From Syntrophobacterales bacterium (GTDB lineage: Bacteria > Desulfobacterota > Syntrophia > Syntrophales > CAMTWB01): a DNA stretch of 53,011 nucleotides. Location of the stretch: assembly GCA_037441775.1 (NCBI GenBank), contig JBBIRO010000014.1:1-53011 (forward strand), written 5' to 3'. Shown piece by piece: positions 30,161 to 40,308 of this stretch. The number at the start of each line of letters is the position of its first letter. Position 1 is the stretch's first letter. The notes below the pieces were generated by a model, which worked only from the letters and a program-made list of their open reading frames with translations, was not told where the DNA came from and made no database searches. The position numbers were made by a program, and so were the translations under genes.

Positions 30161-31482
30161 TTCCGGCTCCAGAGGGGTTCAAAGGAAAAGATTTCTTCGA
30201 GTCTGGCCGCAATAGAGAGGACACGGTAGTCATAACCGTGAGCGGCAACAACCTGCAATCCCAGCGGCAGACCAAATGGGCCCAAACCGGTAGGTATGGT
30301 AATCGCCGGGACACCGCAGAGATTCCAGATAGAACAGAAGGCGGGGTTGCCTGTTTGCGCAAGCGTTGCCGGAGCCTCTCCGGTTGCCGGCAGGGTAATT
30401 GCGGCATCGTAATCGAGGAGGAAAGAGAGCAGTTCGATTTGCAATAATCTCCTTAGACGCAGCGCCTGAAGGTAAACCACCGCTGCCAGCTCACGGCCTT
30501 CCGCAAGAAAGTCAGTCAGGATCTTACTTAGTTCAGGAGCGTGCATCAATCTCAGCTCCTCGAGATTGAAAGCTGATTCCACGGCCATGATCGCGCGAAT
30601 GGCCTGGTGGGCAAAATTGAATATTTCCGGCAGCTCAACATCGAAAACCTCCACACCGGATTTCCTTATTTCTTCCAAAGATTTAAGGAAATGATCCTGT
30701 GCGGGTTTCTCAGCCTGATCCCAGACCGTGGTCCTTAGGGCTGCCAGGCGAGGCCTGCTAGCTGACATTTCGGACAGGTCGCAAGACAGCCTCCTTTCCG
30801 GAACAACTGCCTTTAAAATCCACTCGGCGTCGGCCACATTCCTGGTAAAAACGCCTACCTGATCGAGGGTATGGCTGAAGGTGAGGGCTCCCTTCGTGGA
30901 CAACATACCCTGAGTTGGTTTGAAGCCGACGACGCCGCAGAAGGCCGCGGGGCGGATTGTGGAGCCGTTGGTCTGGCTGCCGATTGCCGCAGGAACGAAA
31001 CCGGCGGCCACTGCCGCCGCGGAGCCGCTGGATGACCCGCCGGGGGTATGCTGAGGATTCCAGGGGTTCCTGGTTTTGCCCGGCGAAAGGAAGGCGCATT
31101 CAGTTGTAACCGTTTTACCTAGAATTAATCCCCCCTGCGATTCCAGGCGCTTGACAATCCAGGCGGATTGATCCGGCCTGTTGCCGGCAAAGATCGGGGA
31201 ACCCATTTCGGTCGGGAGTTGTTTGGTGTCGAAGATATCTTTTATTCCGAATGGGATAGACCTAAGTGGTCCGGAGCTGTTGCTCTTTTGCGCTTTCGCA
31301 TCACAGCGGCGGGCGGCGGCAAGGGCCCGGCCGGGCTCAAGATGAGCCCAGGCCTGGACGGCGTTGTCAAATTCCTCGATCCGCTGCAACAGCGATCTGG
31401 TGTATTCTTCGGCGGAAAAAATACCAGATTTGATTCCCCGGGCGGCCTCTACCAGCCCAAGCTTGTAAAGTTCCGTATTCAT
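30157..31482 (-). CDS. Amidase signature family protein
   Basis: GIKD, TPGGSSSGSAAAVAAG and GSQTNGSTIRP (Lys-cisSer-Ser triad). Confidence 0.92.
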   Translation of the reverse strand: MNTELYKLGLVEAARGIKSGIFSAEEYTRSLLQRIEEFDNAVQAWAHLEPGRALAAARRCDAKAQKSNSSGPLRSIPFGIKDIFDTKQLPTEMGSPIFAGNRPDQSAWIVKRLESQGGLILGKTVTTECAFLSPGKTRNPWNPQHTPGGSSSGSAAAVAAGFVPAAIGSQTNGSTIRPAAFCGVVGFKPTQGMLSTKGALTFSHTLDQVGVFTRNVADAEWILKAVVPERRLSCDLSEMSASRPRLAALRTTVWDQAEKPAQDHFLKSLEEIRKSGVEVFDVELPEIFNFAHQAIRAIMAVESAFNLEELRLMHAPELSKILTDFLAEGRELAAVVYLQALRLRRLLQIELLSFLLDYDAAITLPATGEAPATLAQTGNPAFCSIWNLCGVPAITIPTGLGPFGLPLGLQVVAAHGYDYRVLSIAARLEEIFSFEPLWSRK

Positions 31483-31539
31483 AAGCGCATGACCTCTATC
31501 TCTTTGTTATGACAAGTATTTAAGCTCAAATCTTTGGCC

Positions 31540-32523
31540 TCATGAAGATTTCTTCAGTACCGCTGGATTCAGTAAGTTAGGGGGTGTTGATCCAGTCAGG
31601 GCGGCTACCAGGTTTTCTGCCGCCATCATGGCCATCCGGCGTCTGGTTCGCTCCGAAGAGCTTGCGATATGGGGCGCAAGGACAACATTTTTTAACGATA
31701 GAAATCCGGGATGAAGGTTTGGCTCTCCCTCGAAAACGTCAAGACCGGCGCCGGCGATTCTCCTCGATTGAAGAGCCTCTACCAGGGCGGCATCATCCAC
31801 AATTCCACCTCGCGCGGCGTTGATGATGATAGCCGTCTTTTTCATTTTGGCGATTTCACCGGCGCCGATCAGGTGATGCGTATCCTTGCTGTAGGGGACA
31901 TGGATAGTTACAATGTCTGAATTTTCGAGCAATTCATCCATGCTGACGTAGCGGCAGTTCAAACGCTTCTCGATGCCTTCCTCAACCCTAAGGGGGTCAT
32001 GGTAAAGGATGGTCATTTCAAAGCCGGCTGCGCGGCGCGCCACTGCCTGGCCGATCCGTCCCAGCCCGATGATGCCGAGGGTGGCGCGATGTACATCCAA
32101 GCCCAGAAGCTGCTTTAACTCCCACTTCTGCCATTGCCCGGCCCGGACATATGCTTCTGCTTCGGTTACCCGGCGGGCCGCGCCCAAGATCAGAGCCCAG
32201 GTAAAATCGGCGGTGGTGTCGTCCAAAACGCCGGGGGTGTTAGTGGCCATCACCTTGAGTGTGGTGCAAGCCTCAAGGTCGATATTGTTAAAGCCAACGG
32301 CGATATTGCAGACCACCTTCAAATGGGGACAGTTTAACAGCAGGGCGTAATCGATCCGGTCGGTAAGAGTGATCAATGCTCCATCTTTGTCCGCTAAAGC
32401 CCGGGCCAGTTCAGATGACGAATAAATTTTATCAACCTGGTTGGCTGTGACTTCAAAATGGCCTGCCAGATATTCAAGGGTGTCATTAAAAATTTCACGG
32501 CTGACCAATATCTTTTTTGTCAT
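31540..32523 (-). CDS. D-2-hydroxyacid dehydrogenase (glyoxylate/hydroxypyruvate reductase-like)
   Basis: AVGFNNID, TNTPGVL, GLGRIG, NAARG, DVFEGEP, PHIAS. Confidence 0.9.
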   Translation of the reverse strand: MTKKILVSREIFNDTLEYLAGHFEVTANQVDKIYSSSELARALADKDGALITLTDRIDYALLLNCPHLKVVCNIAVGFNNIDLEACTTLKVMATNTPGVLDDTTADFTWALILGAARRVTEAEAYVRAGQWQKWELKQLLGLDVHRATLGIIGLGRIGQAVARRAAGFEMTILYHDPLRVEEGIEKRLNCRYVSMDELLENSDIVTIHVPYSKDTHHLIGAGEIAKMKKTAIIINAARGGIVDDAALVEALQSRRIAGAGLDVFEGEPNLHPGFLSLKNVVLAPHIASSSERTRRRMAMMAAENLVAALTGSTPPNLLNPAVLKKSS

Positions 32524-32586
32524 ATTTCCGTCCTGTAAAAAAATTGGTGTAAGATAAGGATTATTTGGCTGACCGGCTGGGATCCG

Positions 32587-32620
32587 AAAAAAAACGGGGT
32601 AACCCCTGCGAGCTACCCCG
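32587..32620 (-). terminator. Intrinsic terminator/attenuator after dctM
   Basis: CGGGGTA/TACCCCG stem followed by a T8 tract on the minus strand. Confidence 0.7.
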
Positions 32621-32633
32621 ATCTAAACGAAAA

Positions 32634-33950
32634 CTAGTAAAGAACGCTGGGCAGCCAAAGGGCGATGCCCGGGAAGATGTACAACAGGGCCATGGCGATG
32701 ATTACCATGAACACAAATGGCAGACAGCCCGCGAATATCTCCGTCAGTTTGATATGTGGCGGAGCTATGCCCTTGAGGTAGTAGGCGGCCATGGCCATCG
32801 GCGGCGTCAGGAAGGACGTCTGGATGTTGAGGGCCACGAGGATTCCGAAGAACAGCGGATCGATCCCGTAGAACTTCACCAGGGGCAGGAAGATGGGTAC
32901 GAAGATGATAATGATCTCGCTCCATTCAAGCGGCCAGCCCAAAAGAAAGATGATGATCTGGGCCAGAATCAAAAACTGGATCGGGGAGAGTTGCATCACC
33001 GTAAACCAGTGCTCCACGACCTCATGCCCCCCCAGGATGGAAAAGACCGATGAGAATGACCAGGAACCCACGAAAAGCCAGCAGACCATGGCTGAGGTGC
33101 GGGCAGTCAGAAAGACCGATTCCTTAAGCATGCTGATATTGAAGCGCTTGTAGCCGATCGAGATCAATATGGCGCCAAGGGCGCCCAGTGCCGCCGCCTC
33201 GCTCGGGGTGGCCAGACCGAACAAAATCGCTCCGAGCACCGAAGTTATCAGGATGGCCAGGGGAACGAAGGATGTGAGGAGCATCTTGAAGATCTGTACA
33301 TAGGGAATATCCGTCTGTTCCGTGGGCAGCTTTGGCGCGAGCCTAGGGTTGATGAGGGTCCGGCCAACGACGTAAAGCATGTAAAGCCCGGCCAGCATGA
33401 ACCCCGGGAAAATGGCGCCGGCGTAGAGCTTAACAACCGAGACGCCAGCGGTTGCGCCGTAGAGGATCAGCATGATCGAAGGCGGAATCAGGATTCCCAG
33501 GCAGCCGCCGGCAGTGATGACCCCGGCGGAGAGCTTCACGTCATAGCCGACCTTCAGCATTACCGGGAAGGCCAGCAGGCCCATCAAGGTGACTACTGCG
33601 CCCACAATGCCCGTAGCCGTGGCGAACATGGCGCAGGTCGCGAGCGTGGCTACGGCCAGGGAGGCCGGAACGCCCTTCATGGCGACCTGGAGGCTGTGGA
33701 AGAGCCGTTCCAAAACGTTCGAACGTTCCACGATATATCCCATGAAGAGAAAAAGAGGCACCGAAATCAGGATATCATTTGACATGACCCCGTAGGTGCG
33801 TTGCACCAGGAGGGAAAAGACGATGTTGCCCTGGGCGTAATATCCGAAACCAACCGCCAGAGCGATGAGGGTAAAAGCGATGGGGAAACCGAGGAGAATT
33901 ATGGCAATAAACAACCCCAACATGAGTACGCCAACTTGTGGATCGGTCAT
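32634..33950 (-). CDS. dctM: TRAP transporter large permease
   Basis: GCLGILIPPSI, ATPSEAAA and SFLTPP motifs; about 12 TMs. Confidence 0.93.
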   Translation of the reverse strand: MTDPQVGVLMLGLFIAIILLGFPIAFTLIALAVGFGYYAQGNIVFSLLVQRTYGVMSNDILISVPLFLFMGYIVERSNVLERLFHSLQVAMKGVPASLAVATLATCAMFATATGIVGAVVTLMGLLAFPVMLKVGYDVKLSAGVITAGGCLGILIPPSIMLILYGATAGVSVVKLYAGAIFPGFMLAGLYMLYVVGRTLINPRLAPKLPTEQTDIPYVQIFKMLLTSFVPLAILITSVLGAILFGLATPSEAAALGALGAILISIGYKRFNISMLKESVFLTARTSAMVCWLFVGSWSFSSVFSILGGHEVVEHWFTVMQLSPIQFLILAQIIIFLLGWPLEWSEIIIIFVPIFLPLVKFYGIDPLFFGILVALNIQTSFLTPPMAMAAYYLKGIAPPHIKLTEIFAGCLPFVFMVIIAMALLYIFPGIALWLPSVLY

Positions 33951-34573
33951 TGTTTATCCTCCTTGTGTTTTCCAGTCGCGACTGCGGCTAGAATTTCATC
34001 GCCCGTCATCCCCTGCTGAGCGTCTTTCAAAATCTGTTTTTCCAGCTCTTCCACATCGGAGAGGCGCTGGGGCCATTCCCCGGTCTTCAACGCCCGGACG
34101 CAGCGAACCACCTCGGCAATACCCTGAAGGAAAAGGAAAAAACCCGCCAGCGGAATGAGGCTTTTAAAATGGTAGAGGGGCGGGCCATCGGGGCTGAGGG
34201 CGCTGTGCTCTTTGATTACCCACGCCATTTTGGCGTATTCAAAGCCGGAGTACATGAGGGCGATGACCGCAGGGAAGAAAAAGATAAAATAAAGTGTAAG
34301 ATCAACTCCCGCCTGCCAGCGGATGGGCATGAACCGGTAGAGCACATCACCCCGGACGTGACCATTGCGGGAGAGGGCATAGGCGCCGGCCATCATGAAG
34401 AGGGAGCCGTAGAGCATATAGGAAGCGTCGTAGCCCCAATCCGTAGGGGCGCGGAAGGCATAACGCATGAAAACGTCATAGCTCGTGGCCAGCGTAAGCG
34501 CCAGGATGCACCAGCCGAACGTTTTGCCGACCCAGACGCTGGTGTGGTCAATAAAAAATAAAAAACGCTGCAT
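33947..34573 (-). CDS. dctQ: TRAP transporter small permease
   Basis: 4 TMs, RYAFRAPTDW, GHVRGD. Confidence 0.9.
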   Translation of the reverse strand: MQRFLFFIDHTSVWVGKTFGWCILALTLATSYDVFMRYAFRAPTDWGYDASYMLYGSLFMMAGAYALSRNGHVRGDVLYRFMPIRWQAGVDLTLYFIFFFPAVIALMYSGFEYAKMAWVIKEHSALSPDGPPLYHFKSLIPLAGFFLFLQGIAEVVRCVRALKTGEWPQRLSDVEELEKQILKDAQQGMTGDEILAAVATGKHKEDKQ

Positions 34574-34682
34574 TATTACTCCTTTCAGCGAAACTAGCCG
34601 CGGTCTTTACGCCCCGAAAGATCTGAGGGGGAAAATCACGATAAAGCCGCGAAAGATTGATCAAAGTTCCGTCACTATAAAG

Positions 34683-34757
34683 CTGACGAATTCGTTAAAA
34701 GTCGGTAAAGCTTCCATTTTACCATTTTCGCAAGGGTACTATTTAGGAAGCCGTCAA
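34683..34757. repeat. Short degenerate member of the MITE-like family
   Basis: CTGACGAATTCGTTAAAAGTC ... ACTATTTAGGAAGCCGTCAA ends. Confidence 0.5.
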
Positions 34758-34762
34758 TACGT

Positions 34763-34799
34763 ATAAAGCGGGACCGGCATGACTCCTGTCCCGCTTTAT
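34763..34799 (-). terminator. Hairpin after the TRAP substrate-binding gene
   Basis: ATAAAGCGGGAC / GTCCCGCTTTAT 12-bp stem. Confidence 0.7.
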
Positions 34800-34826
34800 T
34801 GCTGCTAAAACATAAAAACGCCGATC

Positions 34827-35966
34827 CTAGGCAAGCTTCCCGAAGAAGTGGGTATAGGCCATTTCCGTGCTGGGCGTATTCGTAAATTCGAATTGGATTA
34901 CCCTTTTCACCCAGGCCTTCTGGGAGGCGATAACTTTAGCGAAGAATGCATCCTTGGACTGCTCTTCGATTACCTTGTCCCAGGCCTTCAACTGGGCTTC
35001 AAGAATTGCCCTCGGGGTCTTGTGGATCCTTACGCCTTGCTTGGCGACCATCTCTTCGAGGTCCACGGGGTAACGGGCCATACACTTCCAGGACATATCG
35101 GCGGATGCGGCCTCGGCGGCATACTTCAAGACCGCCTGAAGGTCGGGCGGCAACGCGTCGTATTTACGCTTGTTGAAGACGATTTCAAAGCACTCCATGG
35201 CCTGGTGATAACTCTGGAGCATGTAGTTTTTCACGACATCAGGGAATCCAAGCACTCGGTCCGAGGATGGATTATTGAACTCGGCGGCGTCGATGACGCC
35301 ACGGTCAAGAGAGGGCACGATTTCCCCGCCCGGGATCATGGTGACGGCGGCGCCAAATTCTTTCATAAGATCCGCCGCCAGGCCCACGGTGCGGTACTTG
35401 AGACCTTTGAAGGCCGCGACACTGGTCACCTCACGCTTGAACCAACCCAGGGGTTGGGCGGGCATGGGGCCGGTTAGGAACCCGACGATATTCAATTTCA
35501 AAATATCGCGGGTGAGTTCGTTATAGAGGGCCTCGCCGCCGCCGTACTTAAACCAGCCTAGCATGTGATTGGCCTCCCAGCCGAATGAGGGCGCCGTGCC
35601 GAAGAGGGCGAAGGCCTTGTGCTTGCCGTACCAGTAGGCGCATACACCATGGCCGCCGTCGAGCACGCCTGTATTGACTGCGTCCAACATTCCGAAGGCG
35701 CCTACAACGGCGCCGGCGGGAAGTACATCGATCCGGAGACGGCCCGCGCTCATCGCATTGACCTTTGTGGCGTAGTCGGTGGCAAACTCATGGAAAATGT
35801 CCTTGGTGGGCCAGGTGCTCTGGAACTTGAAGACCACCGGGGTCTGAGCCTTGGCAACCTTGGGCAGGCCCAGGGCGGCCGCGCCGGCCACGCCCGCGGC
35901 GGCGGTGAGGAATTTACGGCGTGATACGGCAGTTTTCTTAGTGTCATTCTTCAACTCGTTCTTCAT
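34827..35966 (-). CDS. dctP: TRAP substrate-binding protein, TakP-like (monocarboxylate/2-oxoacid), Tat-exported
   Basis: SRRKFL twin-arginine signal, QSTW, YWYGK, QPLGWF, KYRTVG, DAAEFNNP. Confidence 0.92.
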   Translation of the reverse strand: MKNELKNDTKKTAVSRRKFLTAAAGVAGAAALGLPKVAKAQTPVVFKFQSTWPTKDIFHEFATDYATKVNAMSAGRLRIDVLPAGAVVGAFGMLDAVNTGVLDGGHGVCAYWYGKHKAFALFGTAPSFGWEANHMLGWFKYGGGEALYNELTRDILKLNIVGFLTGPMPAQPLGWFKREVTSVAAFKGLKYRTVGLAADLMKEFGAAVTMIPGGEIVPSLDRGVIDAAEFNNPSSDRVLGFPDVVKNYMLQSYHQAMECFEIVFNKRKYDALPPDLQAVLKYAAEAASADMSWKCMARYPVDLEEMVAKQGVRIHKTPRAILEAQLKAWDKVIEEQSKDAFFAKVIASQKAWVKRVIQFEFTNTPSTEMAYTHFFGKLA

Positions 35967-36107
35967 TGTACCCTCCAGTTCTTGCGTTAATGAAAAAAAT
36001 CGTTTAACACGGATAACCCTTAACCAGCTTCCATTGAGGCAATTCGCATGGGCCTAAATGCCTGCATAAATAAATTTTAGCTATATTCATGGCGTTACTT
36101 ATAGGAG

Positions 36108-36136
36108 AAACTAGCATTACGGAATAAGCGTGTCAA
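36108..36136 (-). promoter_or_regulatory. Putative sigma70 promoter of the TRAP operon
   Basis: TTGACA-N17-TAGTTT with extended -10 TG. Confidence 0.6.
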
Positions 36137-36285
36137 GTTTTTTGTATAGGGGTTATCGATTACCAATGTTTGTGCCAGTGCTCCGGGTTATTATGCAAAT
36201 TATATTCTGAAGAGCTAATTGCCAAACTCACGTCAAGAAAGCCAGGATGGGATGTGGAATTCCATCTGGCTTTGTGGTCTTGGCT

Positions 36286-37248
36286 TCAGTGGCAGGAGCC
36301 GCTGCCGTCGGATAGACAGCGCACGGTCCCGGGTGGCGGACGAAAGCCGCCTTTGAATTCCGCAACCGGCAGGGCCTTCCGGTTTTCCCATTGCAGGGTT
36401 TTTAAAAGAACGTAGCCATCAGCCGCTGCTACGGAAATCCCGTCTGCGGTAGGGATAAGCGTCCCCGGTGGTTCCTGGGGCGTAATCAGACGGCCGACGG
36501 CGTTAAGTATTTTCAGTTGCTTTCCTCCGACGAAGGTGTGAGCGCCGGGCGAGGGGGAAATCCCCCGGATCAAATTGACAATTGAGGACACGTCTAGTTC
36601 CCAGTTGATCAGGCATTCTGCTTTTTTTATCCGGGGTGCAAAAGTTGCCAGCAGGTGATCCTGCGGCCTTGGCGACAACGCGCCTTCGCCCATGAGGCGG
36701 ATGGTTTTTAACAGCAATTCACTGCCCGTCTGAGAGAGGCGGTCCTGAAGCGACCCAAAAGTTTCATCGGTCGGGATGGGAGTTTCTTCCTGTAAAAGAA
36801 TATTTCCCGAATCCATTCCCTCGTCCAAAAGCATGATGGTTACGCCGGTTGCTGTTTCTCCGGCCATAATAGCCCGGCTGATCGGGGCGGCGCCGCGGTA
36901 TTTGGGCAGCAGTGAAGGGTGAATGTTTAGGCATCCCATGGGGGCTGCTGTAAGTATTGGCGGCGGCAATAGCTGGCCAAAGGCGGCGACTACTATCAGT
37001 TCCGGTGACAACTGGGCGAGGATATCAAGAAAATCATCATTGCCCACCCATTCAGGCTGGAATAACGGCAGCTTATGCTCCAAGGCGAAGGCCTTAATCG
37101 GGGCGAAAGAAAGCAGCTTCCCCCGGCCTCGCGGACGATCCGGTGGGGTTACTACCCCGATTACCGGGTAGAATTCCTTCAACAGGCCGGCAAGGGGGGC
37201 GATCGCGAATACCGGCGTTCCCATGAAAAGTATTGTCGGTTTTTTCAT
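36286..37248 (-). CDS. fmt: Methionyl-tRNA formyltransferase
   Basis: FMGTP, PDRPRGRG, NIHPSLLPKYRGAAP, GMDSG. Confidence 0.95.
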   Translation of the reverse strand: MKKPTILFMGTPVFAIAPLAGLLKEFYPVIGVVTPPDRPRGRGKLLSFAPIKAFALEHKLPLFQPEWVGNDDFLDILAQLSPELIVVAAFGQLLPPPILTAAPMGCLNIHPSLLPKYRGAAPISRAIMAGETATGVTIMLLDEGMDSGNILLQEETPIPTDETFGSLQDRLSQTGSELLLKTIRLMGEGALSPRPQDHLLATFAPRIKKAECLINWELDVSSIVNLIRGISPSPGAHTFVGGKQLKILNAVGRLITPQEPPGTLIPTADGISVAAADGYVLLKTLQWENRKALPVAEFKGGFRPPPGTVRCLSDGSGSCH

Positions 37249-37291
37249 TTATATTGTTTCCTTTAATAAGTTGATTTCATAAATATTCCAA

Positions 37292-37403
37292 AGTTTCCTA
37301 TCGCTTGCGAGGATATGGTTAGGGTAGGGGTGATAATAGACGCTATTTCAATCATCTAGGTCTCTCTCCCCTATATCCCCTCCCGCGAGGCAAGGGGGAA
37401 GCT
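37292..37403. repeat. REP-like hairpin element, same family as 14702-14808
   Basis: Right arm CTCTCCCCTATATCCCCTCCCGCGAGGCAAGGGGGAA matches the other copies; left arm is a degenerate complement. Confidence 0.6.
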
Positions 37404-37416
37404 GGTTTATTCCATA

Positions 37417-39633
37417 CTACATAAAACTGATGGGATCCACGTCAACCTGCACTGTTATTTTGGGAATTCGCGACGCTAAAGCTATAACATCGCAAGTTAA
37501 TTTATGCAATGAGGCCATATCCCGTCCCTTAAGCATAAGCTGCCAGCGGTGGCGTCCCTTAATCATGCCCAGGGGTGATTCGGCGGGACCTGCGACTTGA
37601 ATTTTTATGTTTCGACAGAGCTCCCGGACGCCTATCCCAAGCTGCCTGGCCCCCTTCTCGCCTTCTTTGGCATCACGGCTGGAAATATGGAAGTTAACCA
37701 GCCGCGAAAAGGGTGGGTACCCCAGGGGACGGCGGAGACGAATTTCTTCCTTATAAAACGTTTCGTAATCATGGCTACATGCGGATACGATTGCGTAATG
37801 GTCAGGGTTAAGGGTCTGGATTAAAACCCGCCCTGGGAGATCTCCGCGACCGCCCCGGCCCGACACCTGGGTCAAAAGCTGGAAAGTCCTCTCCGCAGCC
37901 CGAAAATCCGGGATGTTAAGCGATATATCCGCGAGTATTACTCCGACCATGGTTACTCCGGGAAAATCATGTCCCTTGCTGATCATTTGGGTGCCCACCA
38001 AAATATCGATTTCGCCGGCGCCAAGTTTGTCAAGTATTCGCTCGTAAGAGTCATTCCCCCTGATGCTGTCACGATCTACCCTTGATATCCTGGCTCCGGG
38101 GAAGGCACGGATCAGTTCCTCTTCGACCCGCTCGGTGCCCAGGCCGATTTTTTTAAGACTTAGCCCCCGACACTCCGGGCAGCTCTCGGTTACCTTAATG
38201 GCATAACCACAATGATGACAGGTCAATGATTCCTGTTTGCGACCTCCAAACGGTTGGTGGTAGGTAAGCGATATCGAGCAGTTGCGGCAGCGAAACACAT
38301 AGCCGCAGGCGTTGCAGACCACCAGAGTGTTGAATCCGCGGCGGTTTAAAAAAAGCATTGTCTGCCCACCGGCAATTAGATTTTTTCTGATGGCCATGGC
38401 CATCGGTTCTGAAAAGGGCAGTTTGCCGCCATATTTTTTTAAATCCACTATCGTAACCGGCGGGAGGGGCCGGCTTAATACCCTTTCGGGCAGCGACAGA
38501 ACGCGGTACTTACCGGTCATCGCATTGTGGTAGGTCTGAATATCAGGAGTGGCGGAACCCAAGACCACCGTCGCATCGAAAATCCGTCCCTTGACCAGGG
38601 CCAGATCACGGGCGTTATATTTGAGCCGGTCATCCTGTTTGTAAGACGGGTCATGTTCCTCATCTACAATGATAATTCCCACTTCTTTTAGCGGAGCAAA
38701 GATCGCGGAGCGGGCGCCCAGAACGATTCGGATACGGCCGTCCAGGATTTCCTGCCATTGGTGGCGCCTGGTTGCTTTGCTGACGCCACTGTGGATGACG
38801 GCCAACGGTTCGCCGGGAAACCTGGCCCCTATCCGTTCCAGAAGCTGTGGTGTCAAGGCAATTTCCGGCACCATGTAGATTACGCTGCGTTGGAGGCGGA
38901 TACTTTCTTCTATCGCCTGCAGATAGACTTCCGTTTTGCCGCTGCCGGTAACTCCATGCAGCAGAAAGGGAGAAAATCTGCCGCCGATTATTGCCGACTT
39001 AATTGGTTCCAGAGCCAGTTGCTGCCGGTCATTTAAAATAATGCGCCTGTCCTCAGGAAGAGCGTGGAAGGACCCAAGCTTTTTGGAACTTCGGCTGATC
39101 TGTGTCTTCTCGACGATGTCCTTTCTAAAAAGAGCCGCAAGGACTGGAGATGTGCCGCCTGCTTGAAGGCGCAGTTCAACAAGCGAAGCTTGGCCATGAA
39201 TTTTGAGGTATTCCACGACCGCCGCCTGCTTTGCCGTAAGTTTTTCCGCAGACACCAGGGGATTTTTCAGGCGAATTAAGGTTATTTTTGCTGATTTTTT
39301 ACTCTCCGGGATAGTATCACAAATGGCCTTGCCCAGAGGGTAATGGTAATAACTGGCAATCCAGCGGTATAAAAGAAGGTCTCTCTCGGTGAACTGGGGA
39401 GTGAGAGAGGTGATTTCACCGATCTCCTTCGGGGCGTTGATTTCCGTATTTTCCGCGGTTTCGAGCACATAACCCCGAATCATTTTTTTTCCCAGGGGGA
39501 CGATAACTTCAACGCCCGGCGCTATGGAATCGGCCATCCGGAAGGGGACCCGGTAAGTCAAGGGCTTGTCAATTGGTGCATCAACCGCAATCAAGGCAAA
39601 ACCTGAGGGGGTTGCGGTTGATTCTTCGGGCAT
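37417..39633 (-). CDS. priA: Primosomal protein N'
   Basis: GVTGSGKTE, DEEHD, SATP, NRRG, Cys4 Zn motifs, QVSGRGGR. Confidence 0.96.
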   Translation of the reverse strand: MPEESTATPSGFALIAVDAPIDKPLTYRVPFRMADSIAPGVEVIVPLGKKMIRGYVLETAENTEINAPKEIGEITSLTPQFTERDLLLYRWIASYYHYPLGKAICDTIPESKKSAKITLIRLKNPLVSAEKLTAKQAAVVEYLKIHGQASLVELRLQAGGTSPVLAALFRKDIVEKTQISRSSKKLGSFHALPEDRRIILNDRQQLALEPIKSAIIGGRFSPFLLHGVTGSGKTEVYLQAIEESIRLQRSVIYMVPEIALTPQLLERIGARFPGEPLAVIHSGVSKATRRHQWQEILDGRIRIVLGARSAIFAPLKEVGIIIVDEEHDPSYKQDDRLKYNARDLALVKGRIFDATVVLGSATPDIQTYHNAMTGKYRVLSLPERVLSRPLPPVTIVDLKKYGGKLPFSEPMAMAIRKNLIAGGQTMLFLNRRGFNTLVVCNACGYVFRCRNCSISLTYHQPFGGRKQESLTCHHCGYAIKVTESCPECRGLSLKKIGLGTERVEEELIRAFPGARISRVDRDSIRGNDSYERILDKLGAGEIDILVGTQMISKGHDFPGVTMVGVILADISLNIPDFRAAERTFQLLTQVSGRGGRGDLPGRVLIQTLNPDHYAIVSACSHDYETFYKEEIRLRRPLGYPPFSRLVNFHISSRDAKEGEKGARQLGIGVRELCRNIKIQVAGPAESPLGMIKGRHRWQLMLKGRDMASLHKLTCDVIALASRIPKITVQVDVDPISFM

Positions 39634-39748
39634 AGAATTTAATCCGGCAAGAAGGTTAGGAATGGTTGATCAGTGTCTTGATATATACAGGGAGAATTTT
39701 ATATAGCCAGATGTTCGGCGTCATCAGGTGACTTGGCCAAAAAAGGCC

Positions 39749-40111
39749 TCATTCACCCTTGCGTTTTTCTATCCTCTCCAGTTTTGTTTTGCAGATGATA
39801 CACTGGGTGGTGACGGGACGTGCCATGAGTCTTTTTTCAGAAATAGGCCCGCCGCACTCTTCACAAATGGCAAATGTTCCATCGTCTATACGCTTAATGG
39901 CGTCCTGTATTTTGGTAATAAGCTTGCGTTCCCGATCTCGGATGCGAAGCTCAAAGTTACGGTCTGATTCAAGGGTGGCGCGGTCTGTCGGGTCGGGGAA
40001 ATTTTCCTTGGCGTTCGACATTTCCGTCACGGTGCGATCCGCTTCATCCAAGAGTTTGTTCAATTCCGCTGTCAGCAAGTCTCTAAAATATCGTATTTTA
40101 TCCGGTTTCAT
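39749..40111 (-). CDS. dksA: RNA polymerase-binding factor DksA
   Basis: PDPTDRA coiled-coil tip and CEEC...CIIC Zn finger. Confidence 0.93.
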   Translation of the reverse strand: MKPDKIRYFRDLLTAELNKLLDEADRTVTEMSNAKENFPDPTDRATLESDRNFELRIRDRERKLITKIQDAIKRIDDGTFAICEECGGPISEKRLMARPVTTQCIICKTKLERIEKRKGE

Positions 40112-40308
40112 GGTTGTATGACCTCTGATAAATTGATTCCCATCTTGCCCATCATTACTATAGATATTTTATATCATGGGAAAAATATTGTAAAGAAAAA
40201 ATCCTGAGCTTTATAAGAGGTTGATAATTATTTGCCCATATTGTAAATCCGAAACGGATGGGATATTAGCCTCCAAACGTATTAATTATAGTTCAAGAAG
40301 GCTGGTAT

